DNA from: Felis catus
Lineage: Eukaryota
Reading direction: 5' to 3'
DNA: 64,000 bases
Assembly (NCBI RefSeq): GCF_018350175.1
Contig: NC_058368.1
Span: 103,046,001-103,110,000 of the forward strand
Shown: positions 1 to 13,175 of the stretch, piece after piece
Numbering within the stretch: the first letter of the stretch is position 1
How the letters are laid out: every line of letters starts with the position of its first letter
Position numbers and translations under genes: made by a program
Notes under the pieces: generated by a model
What the model was told of the DNA's origin: nothing
Seen by the model: only the letters and a program-made list of their open reading frames with translations
Databases searched by the model: none

Positions 1-323
1 ACATGGATGGAACTAGAGGGTATTATGCTAAGTGAAATTAGTCATTCAGAAAAAGACAAATATCATATGACTTCACTCATATGAGGACTTTAAGACACAG
101 AACAGACGAACATAATGGAAGGGAAGCAAAAATAATGTAAAAACAGGGAGGGGGACAAAACATAAGAGTATCTTAAATACAGAGAACAGGGGGTTACTGG
201 AGGGGTTGTGGGAGGGGGGATGGGCTAAATGGGTAAGGGCATTGAGGAATCTACTTCTGAAATCATCGTTGCACTATACGCTAACTAATTTGGATGTAAA
301 TTAAAAAAATAAAATTAAAAAAA
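1..323 (+). mobile_element. LINE-1 3' end, felid/carnivore type (ORF2 C-terminus, 3'UTR, A-rich tail), running in from the window edge
   Basis: Frame 1 reads TWMELEGIMLSEISHSEKDKYHMTSLI*, the typical L1 ORF2 end, followed by a G-rich 3'UTR and an A tail. Confidence 0.92.
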
Positions 324-1269
324 ATTTTTTAAAAAGTAAGCAACATTTAAGAAGGGGGGCTCTTAGATCTCAAATCTACCCATCCAAGCCACAGTCATCA
401 TCATATTCAAGAAATTAGGGGCATTCCAAAATTAATAGTGGGAGGTCAACAGGTATCAACTTTGTGCCATAGACACACAAATTAGCAACTATTAATTATG
501 AGTTAACATGCAGTGTGCATAACGTGTTGATATTTAACTGTATACTATTACTATATGTAAATTGTATTTTTGATGCAATTTTTTAGTGGAAAAATTATTT
601 ACACGTTGAATTCTCAGAGGCAAACAAAACAAAATGACAACGAATCAAAACAAAAACTCTTTGTCAGTGGTGGTTTAAGGACACTGTGACACAAAGAGCG
701 AAGGAAGGGTACTTCTCAATGGCCAACCTCTTCCAGAAGGCTGTAAAGTCACAGGGAAAAGATAAGCATCGCTAAGTGATCAATCACTGTAGTAGAAATT
801 CTGCATGACTGAAAAAGTGCTTAAAAATCACTGGCCTGCATCTCTCTGGAAGCGCCCGATTGTGTTTTCACTGTGGGAGAGACACGCACATTTGTAGATT
901 AGGAACATATGGGACTCATTGTAGGGCTAGTGAGACTAAAGAGTTAATTGTGTATACATGTCATTCATCATCAGTCAGTCAATCAGGCAACTAATACCTT
1001 TAGGGGTCATGAATCTAACAGGACTGACAGTGACAAGCAAGCTGACAGTCCAAGACCTGCCACCTAGATAACAGGTCATGTGAACCAAGCCATTACTTGC
1101 TGGGGCAGATGGCACAGAGGAAGCTTAGCTTCTGGGTATTCCTGACTCCACAGCTACAGCCTTTCTCTGGAAGCAGCAAAGGCAACTTCTCAGGCACTCG
1201 CTGTTTCTGTTAGCAACTGTCTGTCCATTTCACATAAGATCAGGGTATAAATGGGATCACGTATGCTGA

Positions 1270-1400
1270 AGCTGGAAGGGACCTTAGGGCTCACCTAAAC
1301 CAGCCCCACATTTAACCAGTACAGATACTGAGCCCTAGGGCGAGCGACGCCATTGTGATCAGAAGCCCTATTTCTGACTCATAAGCCAACCTTTGGTTCA
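1270..1400 (-). mobile_element. MIR fragment
   Basis: gctggaagggacctta...acagatactgagccc resembles the MIR core. Confidence 0.5.
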
Positions 1401-1532
1401 CTATGTGGTGTGTCATTTTAGAGTTAAGCATCTGACATACATCTCTTCTTTTAAAAATGCACAGTCGACTGAGAAAAAAACCAAAGTAATGCCATTTAAA
1501 CACACAGATAAAAATAAATTAACTTTTGCTGC

Positions 1533-1705
1533 ATTGGTTTTCAACTAGAGGTCTACTCCAGAATCACGTGGAAAATTTAAAAAAGCACGCATGGCTGATC
1601 CCCACCACAGACTACTGAATTAGAATCCCCAGACTTGGCCACTGGATACGTATGCTTTGAAAAAACATCATATGATTTCAATATACGGTTTTTACCAACA
1701 ATGTG
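1533..1705. mobile_element. MER5-like hAT-Charlie relic
   Basis: ttggttttcaa...agaatcacgtgg...cagactactgaattagaatc pattern of MER5A/B. Confidence 0.55.
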
Positions 1706-2371
1706 GAAAATCCTACTCTTGTACAAACACTGGATAGGAAAATAAAAATTGTAACATCCATAGTTTAGGCAAGTATCAAACTTCCCCTTTTCTACCACAT
1801 GTTCCACCATTGCAAACATCTTTACGATCATTAAGCATAGACCGCGTTGTGTCCAGATGCGGATATATAAGACAGCTATATTTCAATTGTAAGTTTGGAT
1901 GGGAAATAGTGAGAACAGAGCAAACAAAAAAATCCATGGGATGTTCGAAAACCTCCTTTCAGTAAAGAATGCCCAGTATTTCCTCACCCATCGAATCCTT
2001 TGCAAAATCTGTTTCCAAGAATTAGGCTGGCTCATTTGAGTCCTGTATCCTCGAACTCCATTTAGCACAGATAAGAGTGAATAGTGAGGTCATGATAACG
2101 CAGCAAGAAGAAAAAGAAAGGGAACAAAGGGTCTGGGAAATACACGGAGGCAAGAATTAATCCTTACACATGCCAGAGGTGCCTAGAATGCATGGAAGAA
2201 AAACTGACCTTCTGAAAATTGAAACGGCAGCTGAAGTGGTGAATGATATCTGCCCCCACTGTTGGTTAAGGGCACTAGTTCAACATTTCTTTTATACTGA
2301 ATTTAAGAACAGCATACACTAAACACAAGTTATTATTTCAAAGTATGGCATATTATAAAGAGGATCTCTGA

Positions 2372-2372
2372 A

Positions 2373-2407
<35 letters not shown>

Positions 2408-2421
2408 CAAATACATATATA

Positions 2422-2486
<65 letters not shown>
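2372..2486. repeat. (TA)n/(TG)n compound microsatellite
   Basis: Directly visible. Confidence 0.97.
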
Positions 2487-2488
<2 letters not shown>

Positions 2489-2546
2489 CGGAGGGCTAAG
2501 CATTCTCCCAAAGAGGAAAATTTTCTGTTACAGGTTACGGTAAGAT

Positions 2547-2731
2547 GGGGAGCCCGGGTGGCTCAGTCGCTTGAGGGTCAGACTCTTGATTTTGGCTCAG
2601 GTCATGATTTCAGGGTCATAGGATCGAGCTCCATGCTTAAGATTCTCTCTCTTCCCCTCTGCCCCTCCCTCTGCCCCTCCTATTCTTGCTCTCTCTCTCT
2701 CTAAAAATAATAATAATAATAATAATAATAA
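2547..2731 (+). mobile_element. Older Can-SINE with internal deletion and (AAT)n tail
   Basis: ggggagcccgggtggctcagtc head, CT-rich tract, taagat on both flanks. Confidence 0.9.
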
Positions 2732-5384
2732 TTTAAGATAAGCGTAAGTCAACTAGCTACTCCAAGTCTGAGTGAGGACTCGTGGTTTAGCAAGGTTATG
2801 AGTTTGGAACACTAACCGAGTCTCCAACCTCATATTTTCTTCATTTTGTCCTCTGCCCTGATGTTTTATTCACAGGGATTAAAGTGCTCTTGCTTAGGGC
2901 AAGAGAACAAAAAGAAAGGAAACACAACTACTTCATGACATACTTGCTTTTATATCACAGTTGGGTTTCCTGGCGGCTATCAACACCTTTTGTTCCAGCA
3001 TGGCATTGTAACTCCAAAAGTAATCCAACCCAGCCATGACATTTGTTCCCGAATGGAATGTCTTCCTATTGGCGAGAATGTAGTGGGAGTCCACTGTTTG
3101 GTATTTGGTTTCCCTTTTAACAGCCTCGTCTTTCAATGACATCACTCACAGCCCTGAGATACGACTGCACTTCCCCAGCTGCCTGATAGTAAAGCAAAGG
3201 TTACCTTCTATCTCACAGCAGTGTTGTCATCAAAGAGCTCTATTTCACAGATGTGACAATGCAATAAATAAGATTTCCTCCAAGTGTGCAGAAAGGCCAA
3301 AGCAACCTTTACAACGGGAAACCAATGAGGCGGCAGGATTCCAATAGCCTCCCCAACAGATAACCAGTTTGGCTGCCTCTGATACCATCCCGCCCTTCAG
3401 CAAAGAGTGACTGCTTTGTCTTCAACTTTATCTTTGTTTTGTTCTTTGGGGCTCGAAATAAAACAAAGAAAAAGGCCCTTTTACTCAGGATAGATGTGCA
3501 GAATACAGCTATCCTGCCAGCCATGTATAGATAGGCTGACTTCATAATGGCTTAGAGACTCAGAAAAGTAATTTGACAGACCCTTAGAGAAAATCATGGT
3601 GAGAGTCGTGAAAATTAAACAGAAACAGCCTGGAAAGCATTCATAAGCCTTTGTGAGAATATTCTTCTGTGCGTCACTGTATTTCTATCAGTTTGGTTCA
3701 ACAATATTTACTGAATGGAATCAGGGGGTGAAGTTTTTCATTAGCTGAGAAACAGCCATCTTGTCCTTCAAGAAATGGCGATGACACTTCATAAGGGAAA
3801 GCAGAGCTCTGTATGAAACTGCTGTCTAAGTAGAAGCCAAGTGTCTGAGCGCCTCAACGGAAACCAGCTACTCATGTTACAGCAGGTCAAAAATACCAGC
3901 TTCTGCTTCCTTGGTCCATTTCAGCAAAATGGTGCCTTCCTGGGAAAAGAACAGGCCCACTCGTCAGCACTCTCAAAATCTCTTTGCGAACCCAAAGCAA
4001 AACCAAGCCAGACCAAACCAAAGCATTCCAAATCCCCTTCCTCCTCCATCACCACGGCGGATAGGTTCTTACGTAAAAGGAACATACAAGCAGACAGTTT
4101 TTCCTGAATGTGATAGTGTGACAAAGTCGAGGTGAACAAAGTGCCACTTGAAAGTACGTCTCTTTCTGAAAGGGTTTATTTCCGACGTGCAGAGGAAGGA
4201 AAGAGAAAGGAGGTGAAGAACGAATCTACCTCACGAGGCGATTCGTGGATGCTCAGCGCTCTGTGCTTAGTACTAAGATGACGCTCTCCTCAGCCCTCCT
4301 TCCTTTTGCTCACCCTGCTTCCTGTTGTCACTGCTGGTTTGTTCCATGAAGGCGTTCTAAGCCTGAGCCCCTCCACGTGCCCTATGAAATTCCTACCAAG
4401 AAGCTCTGATACAGCACCCCCGCTCCCAAAGAAGGGCAAAGAAAAATATTTTCTCTGGCATCTGTCTCTCTCCAACCCCTTCATTTTCCAGAAATGCCAC
4501 CAGTTGTTTTCCAATTTCACAGTTTCTGCAGCGCTGTGGCCCCACCTTATGTGGTGTGAGGAAGAGGCATAGCGCGGGGAAGAGAATATGGCTCTAGGCA
4601 GGGATCCCGTCTCTGTCTTCTAGATGTGGGATCTTGAAAAAAGTCACTTCCCCCTAGAACCCTAATTTTGAAAACTGTGAAACGGAGACAATGGTAACAG
4701 TGGGTTATTCTGACGAAAAGGGAGCTAAGTTGGGAAGGGTCCCTCACACAGCTTGACAGTTAGAAAGGAAACAAGGCATGTCACGGCCTTTCCCTTTCTT
4801 GAAATGCTCCAACTCTATTTGGGGGAGGGCATCGTTCCCTAATTGACATTTACTTTTTGGAAGGTGGAGAGATTGAGGCCAGGTGGTTGGAAAAGGACAG
4901 AGGGGTCTTTTGACATTTATTGGGTGTGTGTTTCCTTCCAAGATCTGAGTGTGTGAACAGCAGATGGTGTCACAGCAGAGGGCTCTCCCGTTATTTCGCT
5001 TTAGATGGGTATTTCCAACTGGGTGAGTATCAAGAGAAGGCGGTCTCTATTTAGCAGACAGCCACTTCCAGAAATCTAGTATTCGACATGACTTGCATCT
5101 CTGTTTTTTTTTTTTTTTTTCAAATGAACTACACTTGGACTTAGCTCATCCCCTCAGTTGGTGGGAATTCTTTCTTTTGCTCTTTGGGCCCTAAATCGAC
5201 TAACGAACTGTCCATCCATCATGGGGGAAAACAAGAGTACTGTTGTTCATCACTCCAGGCTTGAGGGTAAGTAGGTGTTGCCGCAACTGCTCCATATAGA
5301 GTCCTGTGTCGTGTTTGTTTGTTTGTTTGTTTGTTTCCTTCTGACTAAACGCCCAGGCATTCAGAAGCGTAATATTCACTCACG

Positions 5385-5780
5385 GTGATCCATAAGAATT
5401 ACCTGGTAACTTTTAAAGCACTCCAGGGGCGCCTGGGTGGCGCAGTCGGTTAAGTGTCCGACTTCAGCCAGGTCACGATCTCGCGGTCTGTGAGTTCGAG
5501 CCCCGCGTCGGGCTCTGGGCTGATGGCTCGGAGCCTGGAGCCTGTTTCCGATTCTGTGTCTCCCTCTCTCTCTGCCCCTCCCCCGTTCATGCTCTGTCTC
5601 TCTCTGTCCCAAAAATAAAAAAATAAAAAATCGTTGGGAAAAAAAAAAAAAGCACTCCAGTGTCCTAGCTCCTCCACAGATGAGTGAAATGTAGCAACTC
5701 TTGGGGTTGGACCTGGGCACAGGTAATTTTAAAAGTCCTTCAGGTGATACCAACACGCCCTCAGGATTGAGAATCACTGA
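5385..5780. mobile_element. MER5A-like DNA transposon relic interrupted by a SINE
   Basis: agaattacctgg... on the left; ...ggtgata...ggattgagaatcactg terminal repeat on the right. Confidence 0.65.
5426..5648 (+). mobile_element. Young SINEC_Fc-type SINE
   Basis: Near-consensus body; TSD aaagcactcca at 5415-5425 and 5649-5659; tt/aaa endonuclease site. Confidence 0.97.
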
Positions 5781-6023
5781 TTTACAAAAGCAACCCTGAG
5801 CCCTACCAGGGTTATTTCATAAGGACACCACCATAAGGACGTCTCAAACTAAAATCAACTTTGGCATCTAACAGACACATTTTTCCTTTGCCTTTGGTGC
5901 TCTGTTTTTGTGGTTCCGTGCTCCTTAAATTATCTTTTGAATTCTTCCCGTAAAGATACCATGGTAAGTTTTTAATAAAAAACAGCGATTGAGAAAAAAA
6001 TTCAAGGAAAGCCTTACACTTAC

Positions 6024-6101
6024 AGGGGTCAAAGCTGGGTCCTTGGGCTGGTGAATGGTGACGAAGTCAGGAGGTCCGGGCTGGGCTTCAGATGCAAGCT
6101 T
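6024..6101 (-). other. Candidate 78-nt exon, coding status unknown
   Basis: Minus strand: ttttaatttttattgattttag|AAGCTT...ACCCCT|gtaagt; one open frame KLASEAQPGPPDFVTIHQPKDPALTP, not recognised. Confidence 0.3.
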
Positions 6102-6224
6102 CTAAAATCAATAAAAATTAAAACACAAAGAGGAAGTCCCATCCTGGGAAGCATGCCCTCAGGTGTGGGAGAATGGCATCCAGCCTTGTAACTGGTCTCT
6201 TGCGTGTATTTTAGTTTCCTTACA

Positions 6225-6480
6225 ATCTAATTTCCATACCAAAGCCTGAGTGATCTTTTAAAAATGCAAATCACTGCTCTGCTTAAAACATTCTAGCAGC
6301 TTCTCACTCCCCGTAGAACAAAATCAAACTCCCGTTCCACGGACAACAAAGGCTCCTGCTTACCTCTGCTTTCCCGGCTTGTCCCCTTCCCTGCGTTTCT
6401 AACTCTGCTCCAGTCACACTGGGTGTCTTCTGTTCTTTACTAGCGCGTGCTGGCTCTCCACTCCGGGCACTTGTTCTTGT
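6225..6480 (+). mobile_element. L2 fragment
   Basis: gagtgatctttttaaaaatgcaaatc...ctctgcttaaaac...agaacaaaatcaaactcc, typical of the L2 3' region. Confidence 0.7.
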
Positions 6481-7019
6481 TCTGTGTGTTTGGAGGGCTC
6501 TTCGGCCGGACCACAGAGGCCCGGCTTGAACTCCCGACCCAGAGCAGCTCCGTGCAACCACAGCTGATGACTCGGTCGTTGCTGCGTCTTCAGCGCACGC
6601 AGGGCACCGCTGTTGGTTCACTGGCTCTCCAGGAACACAAGAAAAGGTGCCCCTCTTGACACAGGGCTGCAGACCCCGTCCCAAAGACCCACAGCCCTCT
6701 GAAGCGTCTTGAGATATTTAGAAAGATGTGTTTCTTCTTCCAGGCAGAGGCAGGCCTCCGCCGAGATGCACAGGCAGAGAGCAGCGTGAAGTTTCACTCT
6801 TACTTGTTCGGTGAAATGGCAGGAGGTGGCCAAATTGCCTGAAATATGGGAGGTACCCGGTAACTGCTTGCCGGATGAACTGACGGAGGGTGGTTCTGGC
6901 CATGTTCACGCACAGAGCACATTCTCCTGGGTCTGGAGGTAGCGAAACGGAGCTGGCAGGAAACCAGGGGCAAGCTGACAAGTGAACGACAAACAAGTCT
7001 CCAGAAGAAACAACGACCA

Positions 7020-7190
7020 CCACCACGCTGTTGTAGCCCTAGCCAAATCCCATGGTGTAAATAGTTCCACCACAGCCCATTTCAAGCTACGAACGTGATG
7101 TCAATGGCACACGAAATTCCTGAAAATTGAACACTTTCACCAGCTATTATGATGATATCAACAGCCGACACCAGTTCCCATACACCAAAT
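7020..7190. mobile_element. MER63-like hAT-Blackjack relic
   Basis: catggtgtaaata...atttcaagctac.aacgtgatgtca...aaattcctgaaaatt matches recalled MER63. Confidence 0.7.
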
Positions 7191-9424
7191 CAAACCCTGC
7201 CCCATTGTTGAGCCCTGGGGGTGTCAGATTCCGGTTCGGAGAAAATGACTAATTGCACACTTCCACACGGCTGAGGCAGAGATGGATTATACACTGTGTG
7301 TTGGCATCTTCACTCATGTGAGGATCAGGAAATGGCTTGTCTTCTGGATGGAATGGGGAGCTTCAAGATGTTTCAGAAAACAGAGGAGAAAAATAATATT
7401 AAGGCTGACATCAGCTACCTAATTCATGGAATCTCACTTCCTTCATCTCCAAAACAAACAATTTGGACTAAGCGCTCACCATTTCAACCCAAAAGACTCA
7501 TATTCCACAGGCCGTGTGGGGATCCACACGAAGGGAAGGGAACACTAACTAGTAGGCCTGTGGTTTCCACATGTGAATGAGTTTGTGCTCTGCATGTAAG
7601 TAATAAGTCGATCTTTTGAGGCTAATAGGTATTTACCACGCATTTTTTTTTTCTAGTTGAAGTGAAATGATTTAGGTTAAATTTGTGCTGAAACTAAACC
7701 TGAGGCTTAAGAACTCGTCCAAATGCCAAGGACAGTATTTAAGTTAATAAGAACCCAACTCTTGCCATATTTTCCCTGTCTATCAGAGCTTGTAGACTGA
7801 TTTTCCTCCTTACTTCTCCACACACCCCATTTGACATCCTTTGTTTGATTGTGGATTTCCAGCCAAAGTTAAACACGTGCCCAGGAGCACAGACAGAAAG
7901 GAAATCCAAACCGTCAAGCTGGGGAAGCATAAACCACTGTCATCAGGGGCTCAGTAACAGCTTTAAGAGTTATAATTTCTGATGTTGACCTATCGCTTTG
8001 CTGGGCAAATACCCGTGTTGAAATATATTATTACCACCCCTCTCCCCACTTCAACCACCAGAACAAACATCCAACTTCCCAGAGAAATTCATGTGTGCAT
8101 GGATAAGACAGGATCCCTTTGCTGCAGCCTTTAAACTGGGACACTAAGCTCACCAGAGTCTGTCATTCTCCCACTAACTACTGAATCATGTTTATATAGA
8201 ACTTGCGTATTAAAAAGCAACAGCCAATGTCAATGGTGCCAATATAAAAATATCTTAATAGCCAGTAACTGACTAATGAATGCTACTGTAATAATAGTTG
8301 AATTCGAAGAATTCTGACAGCTGGTCGCTTTGATGAGTGTGGTTTCCAAGGAGTCCTGTCCCCATGCTGAGAACATCTCCAGCCTGCTGACTGATGGCAC
8401 CAGTGCAGAACTGTTTAATGTCACCGCCTCTCAGCTAAAGCAATAATAAACAGGACTGGTATGGTTAATTTTTCTGCATGAATTGTTCAGGCTCTATATG
8501 GTAAGTACCAACCAATAGGGCTTAATAGCCGTCCTTCTCTTGGGAGTCGTCACTGGAGGGTGAGACTTTTTTTTTTTCTTTTTTTTTTTTTTTATCACCA
8601 AGGTTTATATATCAGAACAAATGTAGCAATTCTTGGTTTTCTGGTGGATTTATTTTATTCCTTTACATAGCCCTTGCTCATACCATTCTGCTTAGCAAAT
8701 GTAATTACTCTGGTTAAGATGTAGCTTCCCTATTATTTCTGAACTTCCCAAGATAGTTTAAAGCAGACAGCTAGGGCATGAAATATATGGTTCTACAACT
8801 ATCTTAATTATACTGCGTGCCTCTGTGTTTGATATGGAATAGCAATGTCTGGGAAGTGAATTTAATCTCTACAGATTTAGGACGATTGCCAAAAAGATTC
8901 ATTGATTTTTTTTTTTTCCTAGGAGCGCAATCTTTTATTGTATAAATGTCAGAAGCTTCAAATTATTAGGAAATGTGTCAAGAAGCTCAAAGTATAATAA
9001 CATTCTTTAGAGAGCTTGATTCCGAAGACAGTGCATTGAAACATTCAAAAAGAAAACATGTCTTATGTTCTTAGAGAATAAAGCTCTGGGATTCATTTTA
9101 ATTTGTCATTTTGAACAGGATGAGGCCTCCACTGGGTACTTTGATGCAAAAGCCCTGGGTGTGATATACAGCCATTCTGTGGACACCTACAGCTTTACAG
9201 AGACTTCAGCAGTCCTGGGAAAGAAGATACTGACTTGGGATTTGGGGCTTCAGAGCTGAACTATGAAAAATCACTGGGATTTGTCCTGGTGAAGAGGTCA
9301 TGAAGAGGGTCTCATAAAAAAAAGAAGAAGAAGAAGAAGACAATATTAGGAGCTATGTCACCAGCTCAGGCAGAGCTGATGTCTTAAAATCAAGGGAAAA
9401 TCCTTAGCATTGGGTAATATATTA

Positions 9425-9800
9425 CTTACGGTGATTTTTATCACAAGTGATATAAAACATACTCAACCTGTTCAAATAACAAAGGAAATGTAGTGGTTCA
9501 CATATCTGAAAAGTCTAGAAGTTGGGTGGGCTTCAGGCATACAGGATTGAGAAGTTAATGATATCATGAGGGTGTGACCTTCATTTATTATTCTCGTCAT
9601 GGTGCTCTCCTTCTGTGCACTGGATTCATTCTCAGGCTAGCTCCTAGCCACACTCCACTCCATCCTTTGTCTGAAGATCTTAAGGTAAAGTCCTAAATCC
9701 AATGCAGACTTGACTGCTATGCTTATCAGAAGGCTCAAAGTCACAGATTAGCTTAGCCTAGGACTTCATGGACACCTATAGGGAAGGCAGAAACTCTTAG
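9425..9800. mobile_element. Old MLT1-type MaLR LTR
   Basis: aaaggaaatgtagtggttcacatatctgaaaagtctaga...ggcttcaggca...cattctcaggct motifs. Confidence 0.6.
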
Positions 9801-10191
9801 GATGATGGCCAACAGATGCTGCTGTGGCAGCCAGTGGCAGCGTTCAGAGACAGGCACGGTCTTCTTTCTGGACACATGAAAGTTGACTCAAAGGCTAGAA
9901 GACACAGATCCAATTGCAAACTTCTGCACACCAGTATATCAATGTTTTTAAGCCAGACTGAAAACTTGCTAACCAGTCTTCACTGCCTCAACAACATTCT
10001 ATTTATTTAGCTTATCACTCAAAGCTTCATAGTGTGAGTTCATCTCAACTTTCCAGTTGAGGCCTCCACTGCTCTTCAGCAGGAGCCCTACATTCCAACC
10101 GGGCTATTCTGATCTCACCTCCGTGACTCAGTCTTTCCCCATCCTTCCTTTGAGCAGTCATATCCAACTCAGCCCTGAACATTGTATTGGA

Positions 10192-10405
10192 GGAGGCATG
10201 GTAGAGGAACTACAAACGTAGGCTCTGGAGTAAGGATGTGTAGGTTCAGACTCAGTTCTATTAGCAAATTATTCAACCTTGCTCAGCCACAATCTCCTTA
10301 TTCAAATGAGAATATAATGGTACCTGATTCAAAGGCTGTTGCAAGGATTAAATGAGTTAATACATATAAAAAGCTTAGAACAATGACTGGCACTAAACAT
10401 TCGCT
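10192..10405 (+). mobile_element. MIR
   Basis: ggctctggag...ggctgttgcaaggattaaatgagttaatacatataaaaagcttagaacaatgactggcac. Confidence 0.85.
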
Positions 10406-11199
10406 CTCTTACTACAATTCTCTATGAAATCATTCTCTGTCCATCCCACATCTCTCCTCCCTTTAAAGCACTGTGCTGTTTTGGCCTAAATTCCTCATTA
10501 TACACTCAGACATGTGTTGCTTTGTATGGTCAAATAACTTTATATATGATAGGAGGCTCCTATTTGAAACTTCCTGTTTCTCTGCATGGCACATAATTCA
10601 ACACCATCGCTCTACATTATATGTAGCTAGCAAACATTTACTGAAGAAATGGGATGTGGCTAAGAGTACCACTATGAATGTTCAGAAAGGATCACAGGTA
10701 GCCAATAGCATCATCTAAAAACATCCACTGAAAACCCACCTTTCCAACAAATATCGTTTTGTGTACAATAAATTAAAAGACTATGTCTATGAAGCTAGTG
10801 AAAAGTTGATCAGTTGCTTATATAATTCAGGTTTACAAATTCCATTTTTTGCTCATAAAATATTTAGTGAGGATAACAATGATTTCCACCTTTCAGAATG
10901 TTTTTGGGAAATTTACTAAGTGCACGAAGATGGAAGTGAATAAGACAATTTCAGACCGAACAGAAAAAGTAAACATTAAATATTACCAACGTGAAGAGAA
11001 GAGTAAAGGAAAAGTACAAATCCTATCTACTGAATAAGCATGTGTTTATCAGTTTGGAATATGGCACCAACTCTCTCCATCCCCCAGATGGACAGATGAA
11101 CATTAGCGCTACTGGCACACAGAGGGCAAAATTATATGTAGATATAATTTATGTTATAAATTATATGTAGATAACAACAGATATGTATCTGTGTGATGC

Positions 11200-11400
11200 T
11201 ATATACTTTTTATAGCATTTCTTTATTTTTCATCTGATATCCACCATTATATGTTGCAAAGAAGATATTATTCTTTCTCAATTAAAGGTTGAACAGACTA
11301 AATTAGTTCAGAGGAGTTAAATGCTATTTTCTAGATCAGAAACTTAGAGAAGGGGGGAGCTGATATTGGATTTTACTGATTCCATGTCCAGGAATCTCTC
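11200..11400 (-). mobile_element. MIR, degenerate
   Basis: Antisense MIR core: attattctt...ttcagaggagttaaatg. Confidence 0.45.
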
Positions 11401-11619
11401 CTGAACATGCCCCTCCCCCCTCCAATTCTTCTATTATCATCTGCTGCTTGTATATACTGGATGAGAAGAGAGAGGGGAATATAGCGAACATATTTGTGAT
11501 AGCAAATGTGACAATCCTTTAAGGACTATCAGATTGGATATAAAAAGAAAATTTATTGGCTTAGCATTTGTCTGTTGCAAACGACACTCATCTATCAAGA
11601 TCTCACTTGTGTCTTTTAT

Positions 11620-11830
11620 ATGCTAATCCCTCTCCATCCTTGGAGATTCAGTTTAAGTGTGCCTCATTCAGGAAGCATTCCCAGATCATTTTAAGTCTTC
11701 CTTCTCCTTTGCTGGGCTCACACGAAACATAGATTTACTTCTCTGTCTTCCTTAAGAAGCATGAACTCCTCAAAGCAGGATCCATGCTTCATGTGTCTTT
11801 GTATGTTGAGTGTCTATTATAGTACTGCAT
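11620..11830 (+). mobile_element. L2 fragment
   Basis: caggaagcattcccagat...atgaactcctcaaagcagga...gtctttgtat. Confidence 0.55.
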
Positions 11831-13133
11831 GAGGGGGGGTGTGAAAGAGAAAGGGGGAGAAAAAAAGAGAGAATATGAGAAAGAGAGAGAGAAAGAGAAA
11901 GAGAGAGAAAAGATGGTATTATACAGTGCCTTTCAAATTAATTTAAGAGGTTTAGCTTCCAAGTTACATTATTGGACTTCATGAGAGAAATAACCTCCAA
12001 GAAGCTCTTTAAAATCCCAATGTACCTAATCAACTTTTTTATCTGCAGAAAATTAATAGTTGCCTTACCCATGGATTAAAGTCAGCAGGTGATGAATTAG
12101 AATACTTTAAAAGCACATACAGTCCTACCAAAGGAAGAACGCTAGACTAGAAGTCAGAATATCTGGGTTCCAAGTGTCACTACATAGCTCTGGATCTCAT
12201 TCTTTGTTATCAGAATAGTTTTGTACTGGGTATTTCAAAGGTCCCTGCTAGTTGTAAAACATTTTATTATGAAAACAGACTTTCATGGGGGATATGAAAT
12301 ATACAAAAAAAGTAACATGCATTATATAGACACGTGAAAAAAAATCAGATTACAATGATACAATTAGACAAAACTGAAGTCCCCAATATCCAAATATTGC
12401 AGAAAACAAAGGCTCTCTATTCCAGATGGCTAATTGAATAGAAGATTTGTGTGAATGCACACGAAAATGGCATGCATAGACATAAACTTGGTACTAAATA
12501 AATCAGAATAATCATGCAGCTTCTTCTAATGTAAAAACTTCTATTTATAAGCAAAGATAAAAGAGGAAAGGACAGAATAAAGATAAAGGAGCACATGTGA
12601 TTCATTTATATACTCAAGGTTCATGGCTTTTAATGACAGATAAAAGGAAATTATTATTGGTTTTTTTGGATATGTTACAAGCTATTTGTAGAGACTGAAT
12701 ACTATCTCAGCTAATTTGTATAGAAGCTCCTATTCTTGCTATTAAAAAAGGTTTAATAGTTTTTTTGTTTTTTTTTTTTTTTTTTTACAGTCTGACTTTC
12801 AACAATCAAAGAGATTAAATGAATCATATGTTGAAACTATCTTTGGCATCCCAACTGTCTTCTCATAACAAAAGAAAACAAAAAACAAAAAACAACCTCT
12901 CATATATGTAACACATTAGTGGCTATTTCTCCTGCTTGCTGATACTTTTTTCTTGGTCCAAGGAGTTCTATCTCTCTGGTGTAGAAAACCTGAAGCAAAG
13001 AGGATGAAAGGAGTAAACACAAAATCAGTTCTTATTCTCTTTAAGATACACATAAGGAGAAGGAAAGAAAAAGACAGCAGATTAGTTAACTATCAAAATG
13101 CCTGAACCCTAATGGAGTCAAAGATGAAAGGGC

Positions 13134-13137
<4 letters not shown>

Positions 13138-13168
<31 letters not shown>

Positions 13169-13175
13169 TAATAAC
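13138..13175. repeat. (AAT)n microsatellite
   Basis: Directly visible. Confidence 0.95.

Noticed and set aside
2933..3145. 70-aa minus-strand ORF in repeat-free sequence
   Set aside because: No splice signals or homology recognised; more likely unique non-coding DNA
5376..5777. Recurring ORFs of the type GQRETEHERGRGRERGRHRIGNRLQA (also at 14692, 23975, 30795, 49800) that look like a protein family
   Set aside because: They are translations of Can-SINE copies
5940..5970. ACCATG|gtaagt, a possible start-codon exon on the plus strand
   Set aside because: Single short motif with no supporting promoter or downstream coding exon
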